DNA from: an uncultured delta proteobacterium
Lineage (GTDB): Bacteria; Myxococcota; Kuafuiibacteriia; Kuafuiibacteriales; Kuafuiibacteriaceae
Reading direction: 5' to 3'
Assembly: GCA_963803435.1 (NCBI GenBank)
Contig: CAWDML010000001.1
Location: 192,001 to 256,000 of the forward strand
Length of the DNA stretch: 64,000 nt
Part shown: piece by piece, positions 50,223-60,366 of the stretch
Layout: the number at the start of each line of letters is the position of its first letter
Numbering within the stretch: the first letter of the stretch is position 1
The notes under the pieces: model-generated
The model's input: only the letters and a program-made list of their open reading frames with translations
Told to the model about the DNA's origin: nothing
The model's database searches: none
Position numbers and translations under genes: made by a program

Positions 50223-52223
50223 CTACAGGCTCTTGAGATAGACCTCGAGGTCCGACATCTCGTTGTCGCTCAGGCTCGAGGTGTTGCCCATCGAACCGTC
50301 GCGGACGCGCTCGAGAAGGTCGCGCAGCGTGGCCGCCGAGCCGTCATGGAAGTACGGGGCCGTGGCGCGAATGCCGTTGAGCGGGCGAACCTTCACCGTC
50401 TCGATGCCGAGCAACGGGATGATCTCGTTGTTCGTGTACGCGGCACCGGCGTGGCAGTTGATGCACCCGACGTCGGCGCGGGCGAAGATCGCAGCGCCGC
50501 GGGCGATGCGCTCGTCGTTGCTCCCGGCCAGCGGATTGTCGATCTCCCGGGTGAAGTCCACGTACGCGGCGATGTCATCGGTGTCGGCGGAGGTCATGCC
50601 GGCCCCGCCCATGAGGCCCTGGCTGGTCTGCATCGCGTCGTCGGCGACGGTCGGACGGTCGCCCATCCAACCCACGGGCTGGTAGCGGGAGACCCGACCG
50701 GCCAGCGACGGGGTCTGGCGCAGGCCCCGCTCGAACGACCAGGTGAAGCCGTCGGTCCGGCCCTGGAAGTGACAGGTGGCGCAGGAGACGCCGGAGCCGT
50801 CGCCGCTCATGATCGGGTTGCCGGTGGCGAAGAAGAGGCGGCGCCCGCGGGCGATGTTGAAGGGAAGGTTGTCCTCAGCGAGGCTGAGACCGGCGTCTGC
50901 GCGGAGCTGATCGGGGCCGGTGGTGCCGACGCCGAATCCGCCGCCGCCGACGGGAACCTCCGGGGCTGCCTTCGCGTCGCTGGCGAAGTTCGGGTTGAGG
51001 GAGGCGCGGACCGCCGCGAGATCGATCTTCTGGATCTTGCGATCGAAGAGCGCATGCACGTAGGCGACGTCCTCGTTCAGCACGGCGACGCCCACCGGTC
51101 CGCCGGCGGTGACGATCGTGACGGTGGCGAGGAAGTTGAGCCCAACGCCGCCGCCGGGGCGACCTCCAGGAGGAGGCGCCGCGATGTCGGAGGAGACGCC
51201 GGCGCCCATGGTGGCGCCGTTCGCACGCTGCGAGAGGTCGAGCGCGAGCACCACGTCGGCGCCCTCGATCGCGACCAGGGCGAGCTCCTCGCTCGGCGTG
51301 AAGGTGATGCCGACGGGGTAGCCGTTGGCCGAGTGGAAGATCCCATTGTTCACGTCGTTGACGAAGCCAGTGACCGCGTACGGGGTGGCGGTATCGACCG
51401 CCGGCTCGCCGGTGTCGCTGTCGATGTCCACCACGACCACCGCCGGGTTGAAACGACCGCCGTAGCCGCCGCCACCGGGGAACTTGTCCTCATCGCTCGG
51501 GTCGTCCGGAATGACGGTGTCGCGATCGACGTAGAGGCTCGGGATGGCCAGGATGTCGCCGTCCGGTGAGACGGCCGGGTCGCCGGTGATCCGCTGCCCC
51601 AGCGCGAACTCGCTGCCCGTCTCGAAGTTGAAGCCAGAGACGTTGGGGAGCTCGAGCTCGGTCGCGCTGCCGCTCCGGAGATCGATGTACGTCCACTTGC
51701 CGCCGTACGTGGAGCCGACGTAGAGCGCATAGCCGCTCTTGTGGAGCGCGAGGCCGCGCGGCTCACCCGCGATCGTCCAGCTTCGCTCTTCCTGGAACGT
51801 GTCGGCGTCGTACTCGATCACCTTGCCGTCGATCGAGGCGCTCACGTAGACGTTGTTCGCGGTCGCGACCACGCCGAAGGGCTCGGCGCCGGTCTCGATC
51901 GTTCCGATGCGCGAGAGCTGGGTGCCGTCGTCGTCGAAGACGGCGACCGAGCGCTCGGCGCGGTTGGTCACATAGACGCGATTCGCAGCGCGACCGATCC
52001 GCGTCGGCTCCTTGCCGGTCTCGTAGACCTGCATGTTGCCGTCACGGAGATCGAGCCGCGCGATCGTGCCGTGGTCGGTGTTGGCGACGTAGAGCCCATG
52101 CCGGTCGAAGCCGGGCTGAACGGTGCCTCCACCCTTGGGACGCTCTCGTTCACCCGAGCAGGCCGTGGCCAGTCCGAGCGCGAGGAGCGCGAGAGAGAGA
52201 GTCGTCGAAGTCCTACCCACCAT
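50223..52223 (-). CDS. Lipoprotein: YncE-like beta-propeller + di-heme cytochrome c peroxidase-like domain
   Basis: Lipobox ATAC; YVAN/YVTN propeller blades; CATCH and CINCH heme sites; RQTPSL, APYFHDGS. Confidence 0.82.
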   Translation of the reverse strand: MVGRTSTTLSLALLALGLATACSGERERPKGGGTVQPGFDRHGLYVANTDHGTIARLDLRDGNMQVYETGKEPTRIGRAANRVYVTNRAERSVAVFDDDGTQLSRIGTIETGAEPFGVVATANNVYVSASIDGKVIEYDADTFQEERSWTIAGEPRGLALHKSGYALYVGSTYGGKWTYIDLRSGSATELELPNVSGFNFETGSEFALGQRITGDPAVSPDGDILAIPSLYVDRDTVIPDDPSDEDKFPGGGGYGGRFNPAVVVVDIDSDTGEPAVDTATPYAVTGFVNDVNNGIFHSANGYPVGITFTPSEELALVAIEGADVVLALDLSQRANGATMGAGVSSDIAAPPPGGRPGGGVGLNFLATVTIVTAGGPVGVAVLNEDVAYVHALFDRKIQKIDLAAVRASLNPNFASDAKAAPEVPVGGGGFGVGTTGPDQLRADAGLSLAEDNLPFNIARGRRLFFATGNPIMSGDGSGVSCATCHFQGRTDGFTWSFERGLRQTPSLAGRVSRYQPVGWMGDRPTVADDAMQTSQGLMGGAGMTSADTDDIAAYVDFTREIDNPLAGSNDERIARGAAIFARADVGCINCHAGAAYTNNEIIPLLGIETVKVRPLNGIRATAPYFHDGSAATLRDLLERVRDGSMGNTSSLSDNEMSDLEVYLKSL

Positions 52224-52366
52224 CGGAACCGCAAGTTCTTCACACCCCGATCCGGCCCTGAATCATTGAGCTTTCTTTGCATCTCGCCCGATCGACCTCA
52301 AGATTCTGAGAGGTCTACGGCGGCCTTGCCGCTCCTTTTGCGGGGACGTTACAAGTCGCGCGTTCG

Positions 52367-53998
52367 ATGCGCGCGGAAGACCAAGCGAAGATCCTTTCCG
52401 AGCTGGAGAGCCGCATCGCAGGCGAGCACGAACAGAAGGCCCAGGCGGGTCCCCGGCTCCACGAGCTGCTCGAAGAGACCCTGTACTGGGAGCGGCGCCG
52501 CCTCCGGGAAGACAAGAAGTCCCCCAAATACCAGGACGACGTCCACTTCTGGGACCGCCTCGAAAAACAGTTGCGGGCCGCCTCCGAGCACGACCAGAGG
52601 ACCCTGGTCCGCAAGGCCGTCCGGCACTACGGGGACGAGATCGCCGGCAACTTCGACGAGCGCGTCTATGCCGCGGTGACCCGCGTCCTCCCGCCGGCCC
52701 TCGGCCTCCTCCTGAACGCCGTCTCCCCGATGCGCGTGGTCCGGAGCCTGCCCGACCTGCCCCACCTGGACGACGCGGTCCTCATCCAGGGCGAGACCAC
52801 GCACCTCCACAAGCTCCGCGACAAGGGCACCGTCATCCTGGTCCCCACCCACGTCAGCAACCTCGACTCGATGGTGATCGGCTTTGCGCTCTACCGGCTG
52901 GGGCTGCCGCCGTTCATCTACGGCGCCGGCCTCAACCTGTTCACCAATCCTCTGCTCGGCTTCTTCATGCACAACCTGGGCGCCTACACCGTCGATCGCA
53001 AGAAGAGCGATCCGCTCTACAAGGAGGTGTTGAAGGAGTACGCGACGCTGACGCTCGAGTACGGCTACGACAACCTCTTCTTTCCCGGCGGAACACGGTC
53101 GCGATCGGGCGCCGTCGAGACGAAGCTCAAGCTGGGTCTGCTCGGCACCGGGATCGGCGCGTACATCAACAACCTACGGCGCGGCGCCGCCAGCCCGAAG
53201 ATCTTCATCGTGCCCGCCACGCTCTCGTTCCAGCTCTGCCTGGAGGCCGAGACCCTGATCGACGACTTCCTCAAGGAGGTCGGCAAGTCGCGATACATCA
53301 TCGACGACGACGAGTTCAGCCAGCCGAAGACCGTGTTCGACTTCATGTCCAAGCTCTTCAGCCTCGACTCCAAGATCCACGTGACAATCTGTCGGGGCTA
53401 CGATCCGTTCGGGAACCCGCTCGACGACGCCGGCGAGAGCCTCGACCCGTGCGGTCGCACCATCGACACCGCGCGCTACGTGCTGAGGGACGGCGAGGCG
53501 GCGCCGCTCGCGGATCGGGACGAGGAGTACACCCGCGAGGTCGGCCTGCGCATCGCGGGCGAGTTCCTGCGGAACAACGTGGTGGAGTCGACGCACGTGG
53601 CCGCCTTCGCGATCTTCGGCATCCTCCGCGATCGCAACCCGAAGATGGACGTCCTGCGGATCGTCCGGACCGGCGGCGCCGACGAGGACCTGCCGCTGTC
53701 GCTCGTCTACGCCGAGACCGACCGCGTGCTCCACCAGATCCGCGAGCTTCACAACAAGGGCCTGATCCGCATCGGTCCCACCGCCGGCTCGATCGCCGAG
53801 GACGTGGTCGCCGACGCGCTGGCCCACTTCTCCAGCTTCCACTCCCGGCCCGCAGCGGTGCGCCGCGGCGATCGTCTGGTCGCCGCGGATCGGACGATCC
53901 TGCTCTACTACCAGAACCGCCTCGAGGGTTACGGCCTCGAGCAGGCGCTCGGCCGGCGCCCCACCCTCACGCCCGACCACCGGAGCCTCGCCGTATGA
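52367..53998 (+). CDS. Glycerol-3-phosphate acyltransferase (PlsB-like)
   Basis: HVSNLD (HxxxxD), GAYTVDR, FFPGGTRSRSG. Confidence 0.82.
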   Translation: MRAEDQAKILSELESRIAGEHEQKAQAGPRLHELLEETLYWERRRLREDKKSPKYQDDVHFWDRLEKQLRAASEHDQRTLVRKAVRHYGDEIAGNFDERVYAAVTRVLPPALGLLLNAVSPMRVVRSLPDLPHLDDAVLIQGETTHLHKLRDKGTVILVPTHVSNLDSMVIGFALYRLGLPPFIYGAGLNLFTNPLLGFFMHNLGAYTVDRKKSDPLYKEVLKEYATLTLEYGYDNLFFPGGTRSRSGAVETKLKLGLLGTGIGAYINNLRRGAASPKIFIVPATLSFQLCLEAETLIDDFLKEVGKSRYIIDDDEFSQPKTVFDFMSKLFSLDSKIHVTICRGYDPFGNPLDDAGESLDPCGRTIDTARYVLRDGEAAPLADRDEEYTREVGLRIAGEFLRNNVVESTHVAAFAIFGILRDRNPKMDVLRIVRTGGADEDLPLSLVYAETDRVLHQIRELHNKGLIRIGPTAGSIAEDVVADALAHFSSFHSRPAAVRRGDRLVAADRTILLYYQNRLEGYGLEQALGRRPTLTPDHRSLAV

Positions 53999-54948
53999 AC
54001 GCGCCACGCGCGATGGCGATCGTCGGCGGCGGGCGGCTCGCGCGGGCGGCCGGCCTGATCCTGGGCCGCTCGGGAGCGATCAAGCTGTGGGCGCGCTCCC
54101 AGGCGCAGCGAGAGACGATCGCAGAGGAGATCCCGCACATCACCGTGACCTCCGAGCTCGGCGAGGCGATCGCCGGCGCCTCGCTGGTCTTCCTCGCGGT
54201 GCCGGCCGCGGCGATGCTCGAGGTCGCCGAGCGGTACGGCGCGTTCGCGACCGGCGATCACCTGGTCCTCAACGCCTCGCGCGGCGTGGGTCCGGGCTTC
54301 CTGCTCCCGCACCAGATGATCCGCGCCAAGACCTGCGTGCGGAAGATCGCCGCCCTGGGCGGACCGCTCTACACCCGCGAGCTCGCGCTGGGCCGCCCGC
54401 TCTCTGCGGTGGTCGCCTCGCGCTACTCGGAGCCGATCGCCCTTCTTCGCGAGCTGACCCGCGGCGGGCCGGTCACGATCCACGCCACCAAGGACATCGT
54501 CGGCGTCGAGGTCGCCGGCGCCATCTCGAACGCCGCCCACCTGGCGGCCGGCCTGGCCGACGCGCTCGAGCTGGGCGAGACCGCGCGCGGCGTCCTCCTC
54601 ACGCACGGGCTGATCGAGGCGCGCCGTCTCGGGATCGCGCTCGGCGCGGTGCCGGAGACCTTCACCGGCCTGGCCGGCGTCGGCGATCTGATCCCGCGCA
54701 AGGTGACCTCGACCGAGCGTCACTACCAGCTGGCCCGGCGGCTGATCGAGACCGGCGACCTCGAGCAGGCGACGCGCGCCTCCGAAGGGCACGTCGAGGG
54801 CGTCACCACCGCGCGCGAGGCGGCCAAGAAGGCCGAGGCGTTGAAGATCCCCTGTCCCCTGATGCGAGCCCTGGCTTCGATCCTCGACGGCGAAGCCGAG
54901 CCCGCCCGAGCGCTCGAGGCCGTCCTCAGGCTGGCGATCGATCTCTGA
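53995..54948 (+). CDS. GpsA-like glycerol-3-phosphate dehydrogenase homologue, catalytic residues degenerate
   Basis: FLAVP, LGGP, DIVGVEVAGAISN (canonical ALKN), GLAGVGDL, VEG. Confidence 0.75.
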   Translation: MNAPRAMAIVGGGRLARAAGLILGRSGAIKLWARSQAQRETIAEEIPHITVTSELGEAIAGASLVFLAVPAAAMLEVAERYGAFATGDHLVLNASRGVGPGFLLPHQMIRAKTCVRKIAALGGPLYTRELALGRPLSAVVASRYSEPIALLRELTRGGPVTIHATKDIVGVEVAGAISNAAHLAAGLADALELGETARGVLLTHGLIEARRLGIALGAVPETFTGLAGVGDLIPRKVTSTERHYQLARRLIETGDLEQATRASEGHVEGVTTAREAAKKAEALKIPCPLMRALASILDGEAEPARALEAVLRLAIDL

Positions 54949-55817
54949 TGTTCCTCGAGCAGTCCAACGATCGCCGGCTCGCGTTCGACTATTCAGGCGA
55001 CATCCTCGTCTGGGACATCGACAAGACCTATCTCGATACCAGCTTCTCCTCGTTCCGAGGCCTGATCGCGATCCCGCTCGAGTTCGCCGTCGACAAGCGA
55101 TCCATCCCGGGCGCGGTGAACGTCATCCGCGCGCTCAGGCACGGCCCCGCCAAGGACAGCGCGCTCACGCCGCTCTACTTCGTCAGCGGGAGCCCACCGC
55201 AGCTCCGCAAGGTGATCGAGCAGAAGATGACGCTCGACGGCGTCGAGTTCGACGGCATCACTTTCAAGGATCAGTGGGGGCTGTTGCGTGCCGGCCGCCC
55301 GCGCGATATCCGGGCGCAGGTCGGCTACAAGCTGCAGGCCCTCCTCCTCTATCGCCGCGAGCTCCCCGACGGCGGGCGCTATCTGATGTTCGGCGACGAC
55401 GTCGAGGACGACGCCGACTCGTTCCTCCTCTTCGGAGAGATCTGCGCCGGCCTCCGCGACGGGCCCCTCGAGGCGCGACTGCGCGACAAGTCCGTGGCGC
55501 GCCCCGACGTCGAGCAGATCCTCCAGGTCGCCTCCACGCTCCCGATCATCGAGGACCCCGTCGAGCGCGTGTTCATCCTGCTCACGAAGAAGGATCCGGG
55601 CCGATATCGGGATCCGCGCATCGTCGGCGCCCGCTCCTATCTTCAAACGGCGATGGTCCTGGCGGAGATGGGGCGGATCGGGGCCGAGACCGTCTCCTCG
55701 GTGGCGCGCGATCTGAGGCGGAACCGGATCTCGGAGCTCGAGATCGCCGAGGAGATCAACGACGCCGAGCGACGGCTGGGCACCTCCCGCGAGACCACCC
55801 TCCTCGCCAAGCAGTGA
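54948..55817 (+). CDS. HAD-superfamily phosphatase (App1/DUF2183-like)
   Basis: WDIDKT (DxD), FVSGSP, K, FGDDVEDD; in a lipid operon. Confidence 0.75.
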   Translation: MFLEQSNDRRLAFDYSGDILVWDIDKTYLDTSFSSFRGLIAIPLEFAVDKRSIPGAVNVIRALRHGPAKDSALTPLYFVSGSPPQLRKVIEQKMTLDGVEFDGITFKDQWGLLRAGRPRDIRAQVGYKLQALLLYRRELPDGGRYLMFGDDVEDDADSFLLFGEICAGLRDGPLEARLRDKSVARPDVEQILQVASTLPIIEDPVERVFILLTKKDPGRYRDPRIVGARSYLQTAMVLAEMGRIGAETVSSVARDLRRNRISELEIAEEINDAERRLGTSRETTLLAKQ

Positions 55818-55855
55818 GCCTCGACAACGACGGCGCCCGAGGATAGATCGAGCCC

Positions 55856-56791
55856 GTGCTCCGGGAGCTGACCCTCGAAGTCGTACGCGCGGCGCGCGAG
55901 CGCATTCGACCCCACGTGCTCCGCACCCCGATGCTCTCGCACTGGACGGCGTCGGATGCCGAGCTGCTGCTCAAGCCGGAGTCGCTCCAGAGCATCGGCG
56001 CGTTCAAGATCCGCGGAGCCTTCAGCCTGATGACCACGCTGCCCCGCGATTGCCCCGGCGTGGTGGCCCACTCTTCCGGCAACCACGCCCAGGCAGTCGC
56101 GCGCGCCGGCCGCGTGCTCGGCCTGCGAACGGTGGTGGTGATGCCGTCGGATGCGCCCGAGCTGAAGCGCCGGCGCACGGAGGAGGACGGCGCCGAGATC
56201 GTCACGGTGGGTACCGACAGCGACGAGCGCGCCCGGCGCGCCACCGAGATCGCGAAGGCCGAGGGCCTGGTCGAGGTGCCGCCCTACGACCACCTGCTGA
56301 TCGCCGCCGGGCAAGGGACCGCCGCACTCGAGCTGGTGGAGGACGCGGGCACGCTCGATCGCTTCTACGCTCCGGTCAGCGGCGGCGGCCTGATGGCCGG
56401 CTGCGCCACGGTCGTGCGCGCGCTCTGCCCGAAGGCGGAGATCGTGGGCGTGGAGCCCGAGGACGCGAACGACACGCGGCTTTCGCTCGAGCGGGGCGAG
56501 CGGGTGAAGGTGCCGCCGCCGAAGACGATCGCTGACGGCCTGCGGGTGCGGACGCCCGGCGAGCAGACCTGGCCGGTCCTCCAGGCGAAGGTGGATCGGA
56601 TCGAGCTGGTCTCGGATCCGGCGCTGCTCGAGGCGATGGCCTATGCCGCCGACGTCCTGCGGCTGATCCTCGAGCCCTCCGGCGCCGCCTCGCTGGCGGT
56701 CGCGCTCCGGGAGCGGCGGCCCGGCCGGAGCGGGGTCCTGCTGTCCGGCGGCAACGTCGATCCGGCCCGGCTGCGGGAGGCGCTCCGCTGA
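55856..56791 (+). CDS. PLP-dependent threonine/serine dehydratase (serine racemase-like)
   Basis: GAFKIRGA, SSGNHAQ, GQGT, VSGGGL, EPSGA, SGGN. Confidence 0.9.
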   Translation: MLRELTLEVVRAARERIRPHVLRTPMLSHWTASDAELLLKPESLQSIGAFKIRGAFSLMTTLPRDCPGVVAHSSGNHAQAVARAGRVLGLRTVVVMPSDAPELKRRRTEEDGAEIVTVGTDSDERARRATEIAKAEGLVEVPPYDHLLIAAGQGTAALELVEDAGTLDRFYAPVSGGGLMAGCATVVRALCPKAEIVGVEPEDANDTRLSLERGERVKVPPPKTIADGLRVRTPGEQTWPVLQAKVDRIELVSDPALLEAMAYAADVLRLILEPSGAASLAVALRERRPGRSGVLLSGGNVDPARLREALR

Positions 56792-56936
56792 CCCCTGGTC
56801 TTTTCAACGACTTGGCGCTCCGCCGAGGATCGGGTGTGCGATTCGAGCACAAGGGACTACGATCACACCGGAGGGTCGCCCCGGAGGGCCGCGCCGGACA
56901 TGGTATGGTTCGCGCGGTCGCTGGGGCGAAGCGAGC

Positions 56937-58613
56937 ATGACGGCCGACGAGACCATCGCGTCGATCCACGCGTTCGAGATCCTCACGAAGCTCAGCTCGG
57001 GCGGCATGGGTGATGTCCTGCTGGCCCGCCGCCACGGCGCCCACGGCTTCGAGAAGCTGCTCGCTGTCAAAACGATCCGGGCCGACCTGGCCCGCCGTCC
57101 CGACATCCGCGCCATGTTCCTCGACGAGGCCCGCCTGGTGGCCCGGCTCGATCACCCCGTCATCGCGCACGTGTACGACTTCGGCGAGGAGTCCGGACTC
57201 CTGTATCTGGCGATGGAGTACGTGGCCGGCGTCGCCCTCAACAAGCTGCTCATCAAGCGGCAGTCGGCGCTCCCCGCGACGGTCGCGCTCCGGATCGCCG
57301 CCGAGGTCTGCCGCGGGATCCACGCGGCCCACGAGCTCACGGATCTGGAGGGAAAGAACCTGGGCGTGGTCCATCGCGACCTCTCGCCGGGCAACCTGAT
57401 CCTCACGTTCGACGGGCACATGAAGATCCTCGACTTCGGGATCGCCTTCATGCACGAGCGCGAGTCGCCCGACACGCAGGTCGGGGAGCTGAAGGGCAAA
57501 CCGTCCTACATGGCTCCGGAGCAGCTCCGGGCCGAGCGCGTCGATCGCCGCTCCGATCTCTATTCGCTCTCGGTCGTGCTCCACGAGATGCTGACCGGGC
57601 GAAAGCTGTTCACGAAGAACAACGTGGTCGCGACGGTGCTGGCCGTCGAGCGCGGCGACGTCCCCACGCCCTCGGAGCTCAACCCCGAGCTGCCGAAGAC
57701 GCTCGACAACGTGGTGATGAAGGGCCTCTCCAAGCGGGCCGCGGATCGCTATCAGACCGCCCGCGAGATGGCGACCGCCCTCGATCGGGCCGCCCAGCAG
57801 CTCGGCGACGATCCGACGCTGGAGAAGTTCGTGGACCTCGAGCTGGCCGAAGAGATGCGCGGGCATCGGGCCTGGATGTCCGCGGTGCTTTCGGGCGACT
57901 TCGAGGAGCCCGGCACGTACGAGCGCTTCGTCGCCCACCCCGATCTGATCAGCGTCCCGGGGCGCGAGCGATCGATCACCAAGAACGAGAAGGAGCCCGC
58001 GGCCGCCGAGGCGCGCCCGCTGGTCGACTCCACCACCCTGGTCCCGCCGCCCGCGACCGCCGACGTGGTGGCGCTGGGCGGGAGCGCCTCGCCCGCGAAG
58101 AAGTTGATCCTGGCGGTGGGCGTGGTGATCGCGTTTCTGTTCGGCGCGATCGGCTACTGGTCGAGCGAGGTGGAGCCGATCGCCCCCATCGATGCGGAGC
58201 CCCTGGCGGCGCAGCCGGCCTTCGAAAAGGCGCCGGAGCCCCCAGCGCCCGCCGAGGTCCTCGACGACGTCGAGCCGGAGCCCGAGCCGGAGCCGGAGGT
58301 CGTCCTCACGCCGGCGCCGAAGAAGCACCACGATCGAAAGCGCCGCCGCAACCGCACCCACCGCGTGGAGGCGAAGGTGGAGGAGCCTGCGGCCGGCGGA
58401 CCGATCGCGTTCGGCTTCCTCACCATCGGAGCCTCGCCGTACGCGCTGGTGCGGATCGACGGCAAGGAGATCGGCGCCACGCCGATCTGGAACCGCAAGC
58501 TGCCGGCGGGCCGCCACGAGGTCCAGCTGGTTCGACCCGACACGGGCGAGGTGCGGCTCACCAAGATCCTCAAGCTGGACGAAGGCCAGCACGAACGCGT
58601 CACCGCGGAGTGA
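56937..58613 (+). CDS. Transmembrane Ser/Thr kinase with C-terminal PEGA-like domain
   Basis: GGMG, HRDLSPGN, DFG, YMAPEQ, TM helix, VRIDG..IGATP. Confidence 0.9.
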   Translation: MTADETIASIHAFEILTKLSSGGMGDVLLARRHGAHGFEKLLAVKTIRADLARRPDIRAMFLDEARLVARLDHPVIAHVYDFGEESGLLYLAMEYVAGVALNKLLIKRQSALPATVALRIAAEVCRGIHAAHELTDLEGKNLGVVHRDLSPGNLILTFDGHMKILDFGIAFMHERESPDTQVGELKGKPSYMAPEQLRAERVDRRSDLYSLSVVLHEMLTGRKLFTKNNVVATVLAVERGDVPTPSELNPELPKTLDNVVMKGLSKRAADRYQTAREMATALDRAAQQLGDDPTLEKFVDLELAEEMRGHRAWMSAVLSGDFEEPGTYERFVAHPDLISVPGRERSITKNEKEPAAAEARPLVDSTTLVPPPATADVVALGGSASPAKKLILAVGVVIAFLFGAIGYWSSEVEPIAPIDAEPLAAQPAFEKAPEPPAPAEVLDDVEPEPEPEPEVVLTPAPKKHHDRKRRRNRTHRVEAKVEEPAAGGPIAFGFLTIGASPYALVRIDGKEIGATPIWNRKLPAGRHEVQLVRPDTGEVRLTKILKLDEGQHERVTAE

Positions 58614-60366
58614 CCGCACCCATCGAGAACACCTCGAAGCGCGTCTGACTCACCGCCAGCCCGGGAGTCCGCTCGCCGATGATCACGTCGTCCGTCCCGT
58701 CGCGATCGAAGTCGACCAGGAGCATCTCGGGGTCGCGCAGGAGCTCGCCGCCGGGGATCTGGAAGTCGCCGGTGATACGCTGCGACTCGCGCTCGCGCCC
58801 GAGGGCCGCCCAGAGCGCATAGCGGGGAAGATCGAGGATGTCGGCCCGCTGGTCGACCAGCGAGACCACGTCGAGGAGCTGGTCGCCGTCGATGTCACCG
58901 CCGTTGGTGTACAGCGGGATGCCGGTCGGCGAGTCGAGCCCCCGCTCCACCAGCGACAGCGTCTGCTGGTCGATCCGAACGATGTACCGCGAGATCACGA
59001 CGTCGTTCACCGAGAGCTGCGTGCCCAGGAGCAGGCGCTCGTTCGAGGCGCCGATCGCAGGCGCAAAGCCGATGCCCTCGGGCACCGCCAGCCAGGCCTG
59101 CCCGATCAGCGTGTCGCCCATGAGGTTGGTGACGAACAGGTTGGCGCCCGCCTGATCCTCGACGATCAGCACGCGGACGAGTCCCGCGACCTCATCGGTC
59201 ACGCAGCCCGAGGCGATCAGATCGAAGTCGGCGGTGAAGATGTTGCCGAGGCCCTGATCGTCGAAGATACCGACGATGTTGGACTCGTAGTTGACGAAGA
59301 TCTGGGGCGGCGATCCGGGCTCGCACGGCCCCGACATCGCGATCTCGACCGGCGCGAAGCCGGTGGGCGGCGCGTAGCCGGCGCGCGCGACCACATTGCC
59401 GTCGATGTCGATCTCCTTCCAGTCCTCGAGGCCGAGCACGATGGCGCGGGCGCGCTCGCCCTTGCGGGGCGCCTCGATCAGGCCCAGCCGGGGCGCGGTC
59501 GTGACGATGTTCTGGCTGATGCGCATCTGCGTGGCGCCCTCCGGGTTCCGATACACGTAGGCGACCTTGTACGTGTCGAACTGGAGGCCCTCGATGAGCG
59601 CGGCGAACCCGGGCTCGCCGTTCGGTCCGATCGGTCCGGCGCGGTAGTCGTCGACGGGGCCGGGCAGATAGCCGATCTGGACCTCGGGCTGGACGAACCC
59701 GGTGACCGGCTCGGGATCCTGCTCGGCCCAGCGGATCGCGACGTCGAGCACGAAGGGGCCGGGGCGCGTGGGGAGCTCGGGGAGGATGGCAGCGTTGCCG
59801 GAGGCGCTGCTGGTGGCCACGCCTCGAGAGCCCGAGCCGCCGGCGCCGTCGATCTCCCAGCGCACCTCGACCCCACCGAGGTCGCGCTTGTCGAGATCGG
59901 TGACCTTGAGCACGATCGGATCGGTGAGCTCGGCGCCGGACTGGATGGAGAGGGACGGGTGGGTGGTCACGGTGACCAGCTTGGTGGGCTCGCCCTGGAT
60001 GACGACCTCGGTGTCCCGCTCGATCTCGCCCTGCTCGGCACAGCCGGTGACCACGCGACGCTGAGCGCCGTCGAGGGCGTCGGCCCAGAACAGCTTGGCC
60101 GCCGTGCGATCGACCTCGAGGGGGGCCTCGCTGGTGGTGATGAGCGAGATCTCGGAGACCAGCGACAGGCGCAGCACCTCCGGATCCACCTGGCCGAACG
60201 CGAGCTGGTCGCAGTCGAACGGCGCCGCGGGGAGCGGCTGGTAGACGCGGAGCGTGGCGCTGTTGATCTCGTCCCGATAGGGATCGGTGATCTGGAACGT
60301 GACGTCGAGCTTGGGATCGCCGCAGCCGGCGGCGAGCAGGAGCACGAGGGCAGCCCGCCGGATCAT
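58600..60366 (-). CDS. Lipoprotein with Ig-like and FG-GAP/VCBS repeats
   Basis: Lipobox AAGC; GDIDGDQLLD, DFDRDGTDD. Confidence 0.72.
   Translation of the reverse strand: MIRRAALVLLLAAGCGDPKLDVTFQITDPYRDEINSATLRVYQPLPAAPFDCDQLAFGQVDPEVLRLSLVSEISLITTSEAPLEVDRTAAKLFWADALDGAQRRVVTGCAEQGEIERDTEVVIQGEPTKLVTVTTHPSLSIQSGAELTDPIVLKVTDLDKRDLGGVEVRWEIDGAGGSGSRGVATSSASGNAAILPELPTRPGPFVLDVAIRWAEQDPEPVTGFVQPEVQIGYLPGPVDDYRAGPIGPNGEPGFAALIEGLQFDTYKVAYVYRNPEGATQMRISQNIVTTAPRLGLIEAPRKGERARAIVLGLEDWKEIDIDGNVVARAGYAPPTGFAPVEIAMSGPCEPGSPPQIFVNYESNIVGIFDDQGLGNIFTADFDLIASGCVTDEVAGLVRVLIVEDQAGANLFVTNLMGDTLIGQAWLAVPEGIGFAPAIGASNERLLLGTQLSVNDVVISRYIVRIDQQTLSLVERGLDSPTGIPLYTNGGDIDGDQLLDVVSLVDQRADILDLPRYALWAALGRERESQRITGDFQIPGGELLRDPEMLLVDFDRDGTDDVIIGERTPGLAVSQTRFEVFSMGAVTPR

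Noticed and set aside
308-58619. Many long antisense or alternate-frame ORFs (e.g. 308-2377, 7719-10340, 41156-43711, 48168-50222, 56376-58619)
   Set aside because: They are shadows of real genes, expected in high-GC DNA, and show no family motifs
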